Of a DNA stretch of 64,000 nucleotides, positions 13,096 to 22,325 are shown piece by piece. Position 1 is the first letter of the stretch. Every line of letters begins with the position of its first letter. The position numbers and the translations under genes were made by a program. The stretch comes from an uncultured bacterium (GTDB lineage Bacteria > Acidobacteriota > Thermoanaerobaculia > Multivoradales > J023): positions 153,561 through 217,560 of the forward strand of contig CBDUGP010000002.1 of the NCBI GenBank assembly GCA_965366625.1, in the 5' to 3' direction. The notes under the pieces are model-generated. The model worked only from the letters and a program-made list of their open reading frames with translations. It was not told the DNA's origin and made no database searches.

Positions 13096-14274
13096 TCAAT
13101 AGTCGACGTAGCCCTTCTGTGCTCGGATCGAAAAATTCGCGCCACCGGCCTCCACCTTGACGTCGTGCCAGCTGCCGTCGTTTCTCGAGCGCGACGGATA
13201 GTAGCCGATCACATATTGCTCCCGAAGCTCATTCAGAATTCCTTCAAAGGCCTCTTCTGCTGCTTGAAGATTCTCCAGATCTACAATCCGGCCACCGCTG
13301 GATTCCACGGTGCGGGTCAAGAGTTTGTATTCTTCTTTGTAGGTCTCCGGATTTTTCCAAGCCGAGAGTCTTTGGGTTGGGTCTGCGCCGCCGGGATTGA
13401 TTCGAATCCAATAGATAAGGGCTCTGCTGCGTCGAGCCAACCAAAATACGTCGGCCATGCGCAGGCTGCTGTGGCTGTCGATGCCGTCAGACAGCACGAT
13501 CACGACCCGTCGGCCTTGGCGACTTTCCAGTCTCTTAAGTGCCAGGTACAAATGATCGTTTAACGACGTGCCCCCGGAGGCGTTAGCTTTGCTCAAACCC
13601 TCGGTCAAGATCTCGACGTCGTTTGAAAACGGGGTCGAATGAATCAGCCGATCGGCGAAAAGTAGCAAGCTGGCGTCGTCGATCTGCCGAAGACCACTCA
13701 AGAATGCTGTGGCTCCCCGCAGAGCATAGCGAAGCCTACGACCCTTCATGCTGGTGCTCGAGTCGATGAGCAAAGCAGCTGTCAGGCGGACATCACCTCG
13801 GGCAAAGGTCACGATCTGCTGCCGGAATTGATCGTCGTAGATCCGAAAATCTTCTTGCTCGAGGTTCAGAATTCGTTGACCTTGGCGGGTGACGGTCACA
13901 TAGAGCTGCTGGAGCTTGGCTTCGATCTCGTCGTCGATCCGGATCGCCGGGGTCACCATCAAAGCCGTGCCCACCTCGCCGTCGGCAGAGATGGCTTGGA
14001 CTTCAAATCTGTGGGGGCGATTCTCTTGACCGGTATCGATGCTGATCTGAAAGGGCGGCACCTGAAGCTCCCCCACCACCTGGCCATCGAAAAGGAATCG
14101 GACGATCGCCGCCTCCCCTTCAAGAATCTCCGCGCTGAGTTCGACACTACCGAAAGCCGGTTGGCCCGCGGGCGGTGAGGTGATGGTGACCGAGGGTGGT
14201 TCGGCCCGTGCTGTCGGGCAGAGCCACGTCGAGACGACCAGGGCAAGAGTCATCCATAGGGCCCAGGACTTCAT
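13096..14274 (-). CDS. Secreted Ig-like + VWA domain protein with intact MIDAS
   Basis: ATG at 14274 overlaps the upstream stop (ATGA). Signal peptide, Ig-like VTITSP domain, DSSTS, GGTSLND, LSDGID and QYVIGY motifs. Confidence 0.85.
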   Translation of the reverse strand: MKSWALWMTLALVVSTWLCPTARAEPPSVTITSPPAGQPAFGSVELSAEILEGEAAIVRFLFDGQVVGELQVPPFQISIDTGQENRPHRFEVQAISADGEVGTALMVTPAIRIDDEIEAKLQQLYVTVTRQGQRILNLEQEDFRIYDDQFRQQIVTFARGDVRLTAALLIDSSTSMKGRRLRYALRGATAFLSGLRQIDDASLLLFADRLIHSTPFSNDVEILTEGLSKANASGGTSLNDHLYLALKRLESRQGRRVVIVLSDGIDSHSSLRMADVFWLARRSRALIYWIRINPGGADPTQRLSAWKNPETYKEEYKLLTRTVESSGGRIVDLENLQAAEEAFEGILNELREQYVIGYYPSRSRNDGSWHDVKVEAGGANFSIRAQKGYVDY

Positions 14275-16487
14275 GACTTTGCCCCGGAATCTTTCGGCAC
14301 GAGTTCTTGCAGTCTGCTCAGGCGAATGCGGGCAGCTTCCAGAAGGCTTGCCCGTGTTTCGACGAGTTCTTGCTCCGGCCAACTGTCGTATTTTTTGCGC
14401 GGTGAGGGACCTTGGCCCGGCCGGGCTTGGACCTGATCGAGCAGCTCTAAGGATCTATCGGGCCGGCCTAGACGATCGTAGAGGTAGGCGATCAACACGA
14501 GGGTCCCTTCATCGGGTTCAGAAATCTGTTCCAACAGCTCGAGGGCTTCTGGAACTTGATCCAAAAAGAGATGAATACGCGCGAGTTCTTCATAGGCTAG
14601 TGAGCGAACCCAATCGGGACCGTCCAAGGTTATGACCCGCTTCAAGAAATCTCTGGATTGCAGCCGATTGCCTAGGCGTGCCGTATTCACGGCTAATCTT
14701 AGCCAAGCCACCGACATGTCCGGATAGCGGATAGTGAGTTGTTGGAGAGTCTGTTTTGATCGGCCATAGGCACCCAATCGCTCATAACCGCAGCCTAAGG
14801 CCAGCATTGCTGTTTTAGACGAGGGGTCCAGCTCGAGGGCACGGCGGTAGAGTCTTTGGCTGGTGGATGCCAAACCACCCGCTTGGAGATATCCAGCCAG
14901 GCTGGTCAAGGCCCGTGCAGCGACGATTTTCGAGCCTTGCCCGGATCCCTTTTCCGCATAGAGCTCGGCTAGCCGTTCCATCAAGACTCGACTGTGGGTG
15001 CCGAGGGAGAACAATCTTCGCCCACGGTAGGCCAAATAGAGGTCTTGATGAAGTTGGATCAGGGGCACGAGGCTCTCGGGATCGGTTTCAGCCAACGACT
15101 CGGCAAATTTAAATTCCGCGGTCTGAAGCAAAGCTGCTGCCTTTGACGAGCCTTCGTTGATCACGCGAGTCTCTAAATCCAACAGTCCGCTCATGGTCGT
15201 TGTGGTGCCGAGCTCGGTGACATCCGCTAATATTTCTCGATACTCGCGGGCTAACTTGTCGACCTTCCGGCCGCCCCGTTCTCGGATCGGGGCGTTTTCC
15301 ATTCGATCTGGAGAAGAAGGCCGTTCCGTCGGTGTTTCTCCCGTTCCTCGCCAACGAAGGTCCGACCACAGAAGGTTCTGCTCTCGGACACTGGAATCCA
15401 TCAGGTGGACGGCAGTCGCCGGCGAAACGATCGACGCGGGGACAGGTGGGCCTCCATCATTTCGGCTCTCACTTCGGCTCCCGGCATCGACCCTTAGGCC
15501 CGCTAGATATTGCACCCGCAATTCCATGGGACCCGGAGATAGGTCGGAGGGCGGTACGAACCGGGCTTCCACCAAAGCGCTGCCATCTCGCTCGACCCGA
15601 TCGATGAGGGTCAAGGGCAGGGTGGCGAGAAGCCTTTTGGGCTCCACGGATGAATCAAAAAGCAGCAGCTTGAAGCCGTCGGCGGCAGTGGGAATTCGTC
15701 CATGGAGATAGAGGGTAGACGGGTGATCAGGCACCAAGACCGGTCTCGCCGCGGGGCGAATAGCCGACTCCCCTATGCTGAACGGATACGGTTTTCGGCC
15801 CTGGGTCTTCAAACCTTCCAGGGGCTCGTTGATCAATCCGGCGAGCAGATCCTTGCTCCAAGGGCGGATCGGTATCCACGGCTCACGAAATTCAGGATCG
15901 GGAAGCAAGGGTGTCAACAACAGAGGATCATCAGGTTCCGGAACCGTCAAATCAATCTCACGCAAGCCGGCGGCTTTGCTTTGGAAATTGCGGGTCAAAA
16001 CCCTGAGGCGGTACGTGCCCGGAGCCAGAGCAAGCTCACCATAGTATTTGAGGCCGCTCTGCCAAACGATCTCTCCCAGACTCCCAACGTCGACCGCCAC
16101 CATCTCCGCGCGATAGTCCGCGATTTCGAAACCCTGCTCGCGCAAAGCGTAGACATAGATTTCCAGCCGGGTGGTGTCGGATTGGTTGAGTTCCAGGAAG
16201 CTGGTGCCGTCGATTTCGACGAACACCGCCACTCTCTGCTTCGCGGAATCAGATTCGCCTTCTTCGGCGGCAACCGTGAGCAGGGGCACAGCGAGGGCTT
16301 CCATGGCCAATTCCCCACCGGGATCGGCACGTAGGATCAAGGTCGCAATTTCGCCGGTCAGGCCCCGAAGCGCACGGGCTTGCAACGTTGAGGGGCCAAA
16401 TGGATCCGGAACCTCTTGGGCACCGGTAGCGAAGCTGATTAGCAGGAGTAGCGGGAAAAAAACAACTGAGCCGACAAATCGATTCAT
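14271..16487 (-). CDS. Secreted protein with N-terminal beta-rich domain and C-terminal TPR repeats
   Basis: Signal peptide, LAPGTYRLRV motif and TPR-like helices (YRRALELDP); 4-bp overlaps at both ends. Confidence 0.75.
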   Translation of the reverse strand: MNRFVGSVVFFPLLLLISFATGAQEVPDPFGPSTLQARALRGLTGEIATLILRADPGGELAMEALAVPLLTVAAEEGESDSAKQRVAVFVEIDGTSFLELNQSDTTRLEIYVYALREQGFEIADYRAEMVAVDVGSLGEIVWQSGLKYYGELALAPGTYRLRVLTRNFQSKAAGLREIDLTVPEPDDPLLLTPLLPDPEFREPWIPIRPWSKDLLAGLINEPLEGLKTQGRKPYPFSIGESAIRPAARPVLVPDHPSTLYLHGRIPTAADGFKLLLFDSSVEPKRLLATLPLTLIDRVERDGSALVEARFVPPSDLSPGPMELRVQYLAGLRVDAGSRSESRNDGGPPVPASIVSPATAVHLMDSSVREQNLLWSDLRWRGTGETPTERPSSPDRMENAPIRERGGRKVDKLAREYREILADVTELGTTTTMSGLLDLETRVINEGSSKAAALLQTAEFKFAESLAETDPESLVPLIQLHQDLYLAYRGRRLFSLGTHSRVLMERLAELYAEKGSGQGSKIVAARALTSLAGYLQAGGLASTSQRLYRRALELDPSSKTAMLALGCGYERLGAYGRSKQTLQQLTIRYPDMSVAWLRLAVNTARLGNRLQSRDFLKRVITLDGPDWVRSLAYEELARIHLFLDQVPEALELLEQISEPDEGTLVLIAYLYDRLGRPDRSLELLDQVQARPGQGPSPRKKYDSWPEQELVETRASLLEAARIRLSRLQELVPKDSGAKS

Positions 16488-18265
16488 GGGCTACTAGTTT
16501 CGGTCGCATCGGCAAGTTTGCCAATCGTGAGATCAAGGTGGGTAGTGGAATCGAGCTGGGCGAGCCTGTCCCGAATTCCAATGGCGATACGCTTGGGTCC
16601 CGGCTCCATGTTCAGCTCCAGAGGATATCCGGCGCTTTGGGCCATCACTTGGAGAATCTGGTCGTTCGGAATTTGCAAAGGTATCTCCACCTGACGGAAC
16701 GGAGAGATATTCTGGTTGGTTTCGTCTCTGACGACGACAAAGAGAGTTAGGCGGCCCGAATGATGGGTCTCTTCCGGCAGCAACAGGATCTTTTCAAACG
16801 GAATCTGAACCATGATCGAAACTTGGAAATTGCCACCGGCCGTCGGCTCCTGTTTCATCGAGGTCATGGCGATGTGCATGGGGTTGTCACCGAGATCGTA
16901 GAAGAGGGAGGACAAGATGCGATCTTGGAGTGTATCCAATGGATCTTTCTCCCTGACGCTCTTACCGTAGCGCACGGTCCAATCTTTGTTTTTGACCTTG
17001 ATCACGAGATCCCGTCGGTCATTGGTGATCACCGTCGGTTGGTAGCCGAGGGAATAGAAGGTCGAAAAATCGCTCCGAACTTGCTCCAGAAGCCCCTCGA
17101 TATTGGTGCTTCGCGTGTAGGCCGTGCCACCGGTTTCGTCGGCCATGCGCAGCAGGGATTCCTCGAGCGAGAATTGCTCCAGAGTGCCCACCAACTTTGA
17201 CGATCCGCCGCTTCCACTGGTGGTAAAGCTGCCTTGGGATTCCGCAGAGCCTGAGGCACGGGAGAGCAAGCTTCCAGGGGAAATGGGATAAATAGCCACC
17301 TTGGTAGCCGCCGCGTGTTGAACGAATTGATCCAGCTCTTTGGTCAGAGAGTAGTTCCCGGCACTGACGGACTGCAGATTCAGTTGATCGTCGCTGAAGC
17401 CGTTGCGGAAGAACCAATCGAGGAATTTGTCCTGCCAGGCTTGGGTGAGAGCATCAGCGGGATTCATCGACATGCCGTCACTGATATAGATCAGAGCCTT
17501 TCTTCCCTTCATGCCCGCCAATGAGCTGACGAATCCAGCCATAGCTTCTAGGGCCCCTTTGGAGCGGGTCATCCTCTCTTCCGCAAATCCCCGAATTTGG
17601 GTCGCGTAGTCCACGGCCTCGAGGCGGGTACGTTCCAGTTCGGCGCTGTTGTCACGAAATCCCTGCGACCTCGCCACCAACTTTGCGGATTGAATGCTGC
17701 GCAATAACTGCTGAAGCGTGGCATGGGTCCTCAAGCTGGGTCCGGTGGTCTTCTCCAATCGGTCGAGAACCTTGCCCACGGTTTCGGGGTCGCGGGTGAA
17801 TCCCGTTTCCAGCTTCAACGAGTCGCCGATACTGACGATCAGGATCTGGTCGTCCGGCTTTAGGCTGCGGTCGAGGAATTGGCGGAGATTGGTAAAAATC
17901 CGATTGCGGTTTTGGGGGGCGACGTGGGCATTGTCCACCACCACCACCAAATTGAGATTCTGGGTCTCTGGTTGTGAGGGAACCGTGGTGGCGGAATCTA
18001 AAGCCATACCGGTTTGATGAGTTGCCGTCGAGCCTTCAACCGCGAAAAAATTGGATATCTCAACGAGTTCGCCGTTTTCAAACAGGTCGAAGTCGTCTGG
18101 TCCTAGACCGAGGACCGGCTGACCCTCTGAATCGACCACCACCGCCTCGATATTGACGACCTGAACATCTACGGTGTCAAAGAAGAGGTTGGTGTCCGAT
18201 GAATCGGCAACCAAGCTTGAGCCGTATGAAAGAAGGGCGAGCGAGATCAGCGCGAGCTTCTGCAT
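16484..18265 (-). CDS. Acidobacterial-type VWA domain protein
   Basis: GAAGGAG RBS before ATG 18265; signal peptide; VNIEAVV..G.PV.GL..DDF, GRKALIYISDG, ADETGG and FYSLGY motifs. Confidence 0.85.
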   Translation of the reverse strand: MQKLALISLALLSYGSSLVADSSDTNLFFDTVDVQVVNIEAVVVDSEGQPVLGLGPDDFDLFENGELVEISNFFAVEGSTATHQTGMALDSATTVPSQPETQNLNLVVVVDNAHVAPQNRNRIFTNLRQFLDRSLKPDDQILIVSIGDSLKLETGFTRDPETVGKVLDRLEKTTGPSLRTHATLQQLLRSIQSAKLVARSQGFRDNSAELERTRLEAVDYATQIRGFAEERMTRSKGALEAMAGFVSSLAGMKGRKALIYISDGMSMNPADALTQAWQDKFLDWFFRNGFSDDQLNLQSVSAGNYSLTKELDQFVQHAAATKVAIYPISPGSLLSRASGSAESQGSFTTSGSGGSSKLVGTLEQFSLEESLLRMADETGGTAYTRSTNIEGLLEQVRSDFSTFYSLGYQPTVITNDRRDLVIKVKNKDWTVRYGKSVREKDPLDTLQDRILSSLFYDLGDNPMHIAMTSMKQEPTAGGNFQVSIMVQIPFEKILLLPEETHHSGRLTLFVVVRDETNQNISPFRQVEIPLQIPNDQILQVMAQSAGYPLELNMEPGPKRIAIGIRDRLAQLDSTTHLDLTIGKLADATETSSP

Positions 18266-18540
18266 GGATATCTCCTTCAAACAGGTCTCGAAGCAAAAAG
18301 TCCCGAAGCGAGAAAATAAAGTCGGCATGTTGATGCTAAAACATCGTTAGTCTCAAAGGTATGCTTCTTGGCCCTAACTTACTGCAGTCCGTCACCTGCA
18401 GGAGCTGAACCCTGAAGCCGTCCGTGGGATAATAGTCCCCGGCGGGGCATTTTCTAGGGATCCAGGTAAATCGGCTCCTGACGAGTGGCTCTCCCACTCG
18501 ATCAAGTTCCCGTTCTCCAGCCCTGTTTCAGGAGGAAATA

Positions 18541-19812
18541 ATGAAAAAACGATTCCATATCGGCCTAATGTCGACAGCGATGGCTCTGCTTCTCAGTTTC
18601 GTCGCCACAACAGTTCAGGCCCAATCAGTCTCTCGGGTCGGTTTTACCGTCAACGACGAGGCCGGCAATCCGCTCCAAGATGTCACCATCACCGCCAGTC
18701 ACCCGCCCACGGGTTTGGTGATCGAAAGAACCACCAATAAAAAGGGCAAGGCGACCTTCGCGTTCCGGGACGGCAGCCTCACCTATGAGGTCAGCCTGTC
18801 GTTGGAGGGTTACGATCCCGCCACGACCTCGCTGAAACCGAGAACCGGCGCCGTTAGCTACCAGACCTATACCCTCTACAAGACAAACTCTCGCAAGGCG
18901 GTTCCGAGTGATGAAGGCGGAACCCGAGAGATTCCGTTGACCCCGGCCCAAGTGACATTCAACGAAGGCGTGACCGCGCTCAAATCCAGCGACTTGGCCA
19001 CCGCCAAGGCGAGCTTTCTCAAAGCCTACGAAATGGACCCCGAGCTCTACCAGGCTCACTCGGCTTTGGCCGCTATTTACTTGGAAGAGAAAGACTTCCA
19101 AAGCGCCAAAGCAAGCGCGGAGATCATGATTGCGAAAGAGCCCGGTAGCGGTCGGGGCTATCGGATGCTTTACGAAGCCCTCTCGGGTCTCGGCGACCAA
19201 GAAGCCGCGGACGAGCTGCTGGCGAAAATTTCCGAACTCGAATCGAGCGCGGATGCCGTGCCTCTGATCTATAACGAAGGTGCGGAAGCCATGAGGATGG
19301 GTGATTTGAACCGGGCGCGGGAGCGGCTGGAGAAAGCCTATTCTTTGAGTCCGGAGCTGAACCAAACTGTACGGCTGCTGGCCTTGGTTTACCTCGACGA
19401 CAAAGACTTCCAAAAGGCCGCTGAATTTGCCGAGAAGGCGATTGCAGCAGATCCTGAAGATTTGACGATGAAGAAGGTTCGGCTCGATGCTTACCGTGGA
19501 CTCGGCGACACTGCCAAAGCCGAAGAGGCCTTCGAGGACGTCGCCGCCGCGGATCCCACAGCGCTGATTTCGGGCCTGTTCAAAGGCGGCCAGGAGCAAT
19601 TCAACGGCGGTGATATGGATTCTGCAGTCGGATCTTTCAAGCAGATTTTGGAAATTGATCCCGACCATGGAATGACCCACTATTTGCTCGGCCTTTGTTA
19701 CGTCAACATGGGGAAGAATGCCGACGCCAAGTCGCATTTCCAGCGCTTCATCACGTTGATGCCCGATCATGAGAATGCGGCAACCGCCAAGGAAATGTTG
19801 AGCTTCCTGTGA
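18541..19812 (+). CDS. Secreted carboxypeptidase-regulatory-like (transthyretin-like) domain + TPR protein
   Basis: AGGAGG RBS, signal peptide, V.DEAGNPL..V..TNKKG beta-sandwich and many TPR repeats. Confidence 0.85.
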   Translation: MKKRFHIGLMSTAMALLLSFVATTVQAQSVSRVGFTVNDEAGNPLQDVTITASHPPTGLVIERTTNKKGKATFAFRDGSLTYEVSLSLEGYDPATTSLKPRTGAVSYQTYTLYKTNSRKAVPSDEGGTREIPLTPAQVTFNEGVTALKSSDLATAKASFLKAYEMDPELYQAHSALAAIYLEEKDFQSAKASAEIMIAKEPGSGRGYRMLYEALSGLGDQEAADELLAKISELESSADAVPLIYNEGAEAMRMGDLNRARERLEKAYSLSPELNQTVRLLALVYLDDKDFQKAAEFAEKAIAADPEDLTMKKVRLDAYRGLGDTAKAEEAFEDVAAADPTALISGLFKGGQEQFNGGDMDSAVGSFKQILEIDPDHGMTHYLLGLCYVNMGKNADAKSHFQRFITLMPDHENAATAKEMLSFL

Positions 19813-22157
19813 CCGAGCCCCCAGCTTCCCGAAACCCGAACGCTGGGGATTCGATCAAGACCAGTAGGACCCAGAAGGTCCTACTGGTCTTCTTCGGTTT
19901 AGTGCTCTTTTCGTTAGGGTTGGTTCTAATTGAAGGGGTGCTCACCCTCCTTGGAGTCGGTGATCCTTACGCCATTGAGGATCCTTATGTGGGATTTATC
20001 GAAGGCCACGACCTCTTCGAGCTGATCCAAGTAGAGGGACAAGGGGTTTTTCGTACCCGTGAGCAGAAGCTGGGATTTTTCAACGACCAGAGCTTTGTCG
20101 CCGATAAAGATCCGACCACGCTGAGGATATTTGCTCTCGGCGGATCGACCACGGCCGGCCGACCCTATGATTGGCGCGTCGCTTTTCCGAAATGGCTGGA
20201 AATCTTCGGCAATGCAGCGAGTGATCGCACCCTGGAGGTGATCAACGCGGGGGGTATCTCGTACGCCAGCTATCGGATCGCCGTGTTGATGAAGGAGATA
20301 GTCCGCTATCAGCCCGACGTCTTTGTCATCTACACCGGGCACAACGAATTTCTCGAAGAGCGAACCTACTCCGACATCATCCACGAGCCGGCTTGGCGTC
20401 GCAGAGCTCGGGTTTGGGCCAACGGCCTGCGATCGTTGACCTTGATACGACGTCTGTTAGGGGGGTCACGGGGGACGGGCCAGATCACGGAAAGCGATAG
20501 CCGCTCGACAGGTAGCATGTCTGGGCAGCCCGGACAAGACCTGCTGGCAAGCGAAGTCGAGGCCAAGCTCGACGTCTGGAATGGTCTAGATCTCTTCGAG
20601 CGAGATGAAGAACTTCAAACCTCGGTGCTCAACCATTTTGAGCATAATCTGCGGCAGATGATCGCGTTTGCGAATGCCCACGACATTCCGGTCGTTCTGA
20701 TCAGACCCATTTCCAACCTCAAAGATTTTTCACCCTTTAAATCACAGCGTTCCGACGGATTGCCGGATTCATCGATCGAAAACCACGATCGTCACTTACA
20801 GCGCGGGGTCGAGATGCTCGGGCGCCTCGATCTAAAAAACCCTGAGAAAGTAGTCGTCCAGGCGGCCGTCCAGGAGCTGGAAGCAGCAACCTCTGAAGAT
20901 CCTCTCTTTGCCGAATCGGCGTTTAGGCTCGGCCAAGCCCTGCTCGCGGCCGGTGAACTGGAACGAGCGGCTCAAGCCTTCGTTCGTGCCAAAGACCTAG
21001 ATGTTTGTCCCTTGCGGGCTCTCGAGGCGACCAACCAGATCATCCAGAAAGTCGTCCTGGAAACGTCGACACCTTGGATCGATCTTCCAGCGGTCCTCGA
21101 GCGATCGTTGCGGCCGCGTTTTGGACACGGTATTCCCGGCAACGAGATGCTGTTGGATCACGTCCACCCCACCATCGAAGTGCATCAGTGGATCGCCTGG
21201 GAGATCTTGGAATCGCTCTCAAATATGGGGCTGCTCGAGCTACGGCCGATCAACGACTCCGTACGTCAAGCCTTGGTGGCCGGGCATATGTCCACTCTTG
21301 ACGAAAGTTACTATGCGCAACGTGATTTAAACCTCGCCAAGGTATTGGGTTGGGCGGGCAAATTCGAGGAGGCGGTTGAGCCTTTAGAGCGGGCTGTGCA
21401 AAAGCTCCCTGACGAGCCGGAGGCCTTTCGAAATCTGGGTATCGTCTACCAGAAGATCGGCCGGAGCGGGGACGCCTTGCAAGCTCATCAACGGGCGGTT
21501 GAGCTGGATCCCGCGGTGGCGGAATCTCAATTCAATTTGGGTGTTTCATTGGCCGAGGTGGGTCAATGGCAACGCTCTGCGGACTCGTTGCAGAAGGCGC
21601 TCGATCTGCGATCTGATTATCCGGAAGCAACCTTCAACCTGGCGATCGCTTTGCGCGAAACAGGGAATCTAGAGAGCGCGGAACGGCTGCTGGAATCGCT
21701 GTCGGCCATAGGATGGTCCCACCCTACCCTAGCCCGCCAGCGCGTGTTGATTACGGTTCGCAAGGCCCAAGCCAGGAGTCGTGAAGGTCGAATGGCCGAA
21801 GCGCGAACACTTTACGCACAGGCGCTGGGCGAATTGAAAAGCGGCTTGGAAAACAGCACGATGGCGAGCCACAACGATCCGGCTCAGAGAATCACTGCTC
21901 GCATTCACAACGACCTCGGCGTTCTTTTCGGCCGACAGAATCGGCTTGAGGAAGCCGAGCGGGAGCTGGTGGCGGCAATTGAGATCTCTCCGGCCTTTGC
22001 CGAGGCCCACTTTAATCTCGCGTTGATTCATGGCAATGCCGGCCGTTTCGACGAGTCTCTCGCAAGTCTCCGGACCGCCCTCGAAATAGAACCCGAGAAC
22101 CCTCGATTCAAAGCCGCTCTGCACAGATTGCATGGCTCTATCGGACGGCAGCAGTAG
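19809..22157 (+). CDS. Membrane-anchored SGNH/GDSL hydrolase fused to TPR repeats
   Basis: N-terminal TM helix; SGNH blocks GGST, NAGG, GHNE and DHVH; C-terminal TPRs; GTGA overlap with the upstream gene. Confidence 0.85.
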   Translation: MTEPPASRNPNAGDSIKTSRTQKVLLVFFGLVLFSLGLVLIEGVLTLLGVGDPYAIEDPYVGFIEGHDLFELIQVEGQGVFRTREQKLGFFNDQSFVADKDPTTLRIFALGGSTTAGRPYDWRVAFPKWLEIFGNAASDRTLEVINAGGISYASYRIAVLMKEIVRYQPDVFVIYTGHNEFLEERTYSDIIHEPAWRRRARVWANGLRSLTLIRRLLGGSRGTGQITESDSRSTGSMSGQPGQDLLASEVEAKLDVWNGLDLFERDEELQTSVLNHFEHNLRQMIAFANAHDIPVVLIRPISNLKDFSPFKSQRSDGLPDSSIENHDRHLQRGVEMLGRLDLKNPEKVVVQAAVQELEAATSEDPLFAESAFRLGQALLAAGELERAAQAFVRAKDLDVCPLRALEATNQIIQKVVLETSTPWIDLPAVLERSLRPRFGHGIPGNEMLLDHVHPTIEVHQWIAWEILESLSNMGLLELRPINDSVRQALVAGHMSTLDESYYAQRDLNLAKVLGWAGKFEEAVEPLERAVQKLPDEPEAFRNLGIVYQKIGRSGDALQAHQRAVELDPAVAESQFNLGVSLAEVGQWQRSADSLQKALDLRSDYPEATFNLAIALRETGNLESAERLLESLSAIGWSHPTLARQRVLITVRKAQARSREGRMAEARTLYAQALGELKSGLENSTMASHNDPAQRITARIHNDLGVLFGRQNRLEEAERELVAAIEISPAFAEAHFNLALIHGNAGRFDESLASLRTALEIEPENPRFKAALHRLHGSIGRQQ

Positions 22158-22262
22158 AAAAAAGACTCGGCTGGTTCTCACGCGGATCCCGACTACCCCG
22201 CTTCACAACGCATCAAAGGGTAAACGGATCGGGCGAAGGGGCCGGCGAAGGGATAGAGGAAC

Positions 22263-22291
22263 AAAAAAACCCCGGCCGAAGCCGGGGTTTT
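22263..22291. terminator. Bidirectional intrinsic terminator
   Basis: AAAAAAACCCCGGC-CGAA-GCCGGGGTTTT; the minus strand gives a UUCG loop and U7 tail downstream of the TonB receptor gene. Confidence 0.9.
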
Positions 22292-22325
22292 CCACCTTCT
22301 TACGAAGGTATCTCTCTGACGGGTA

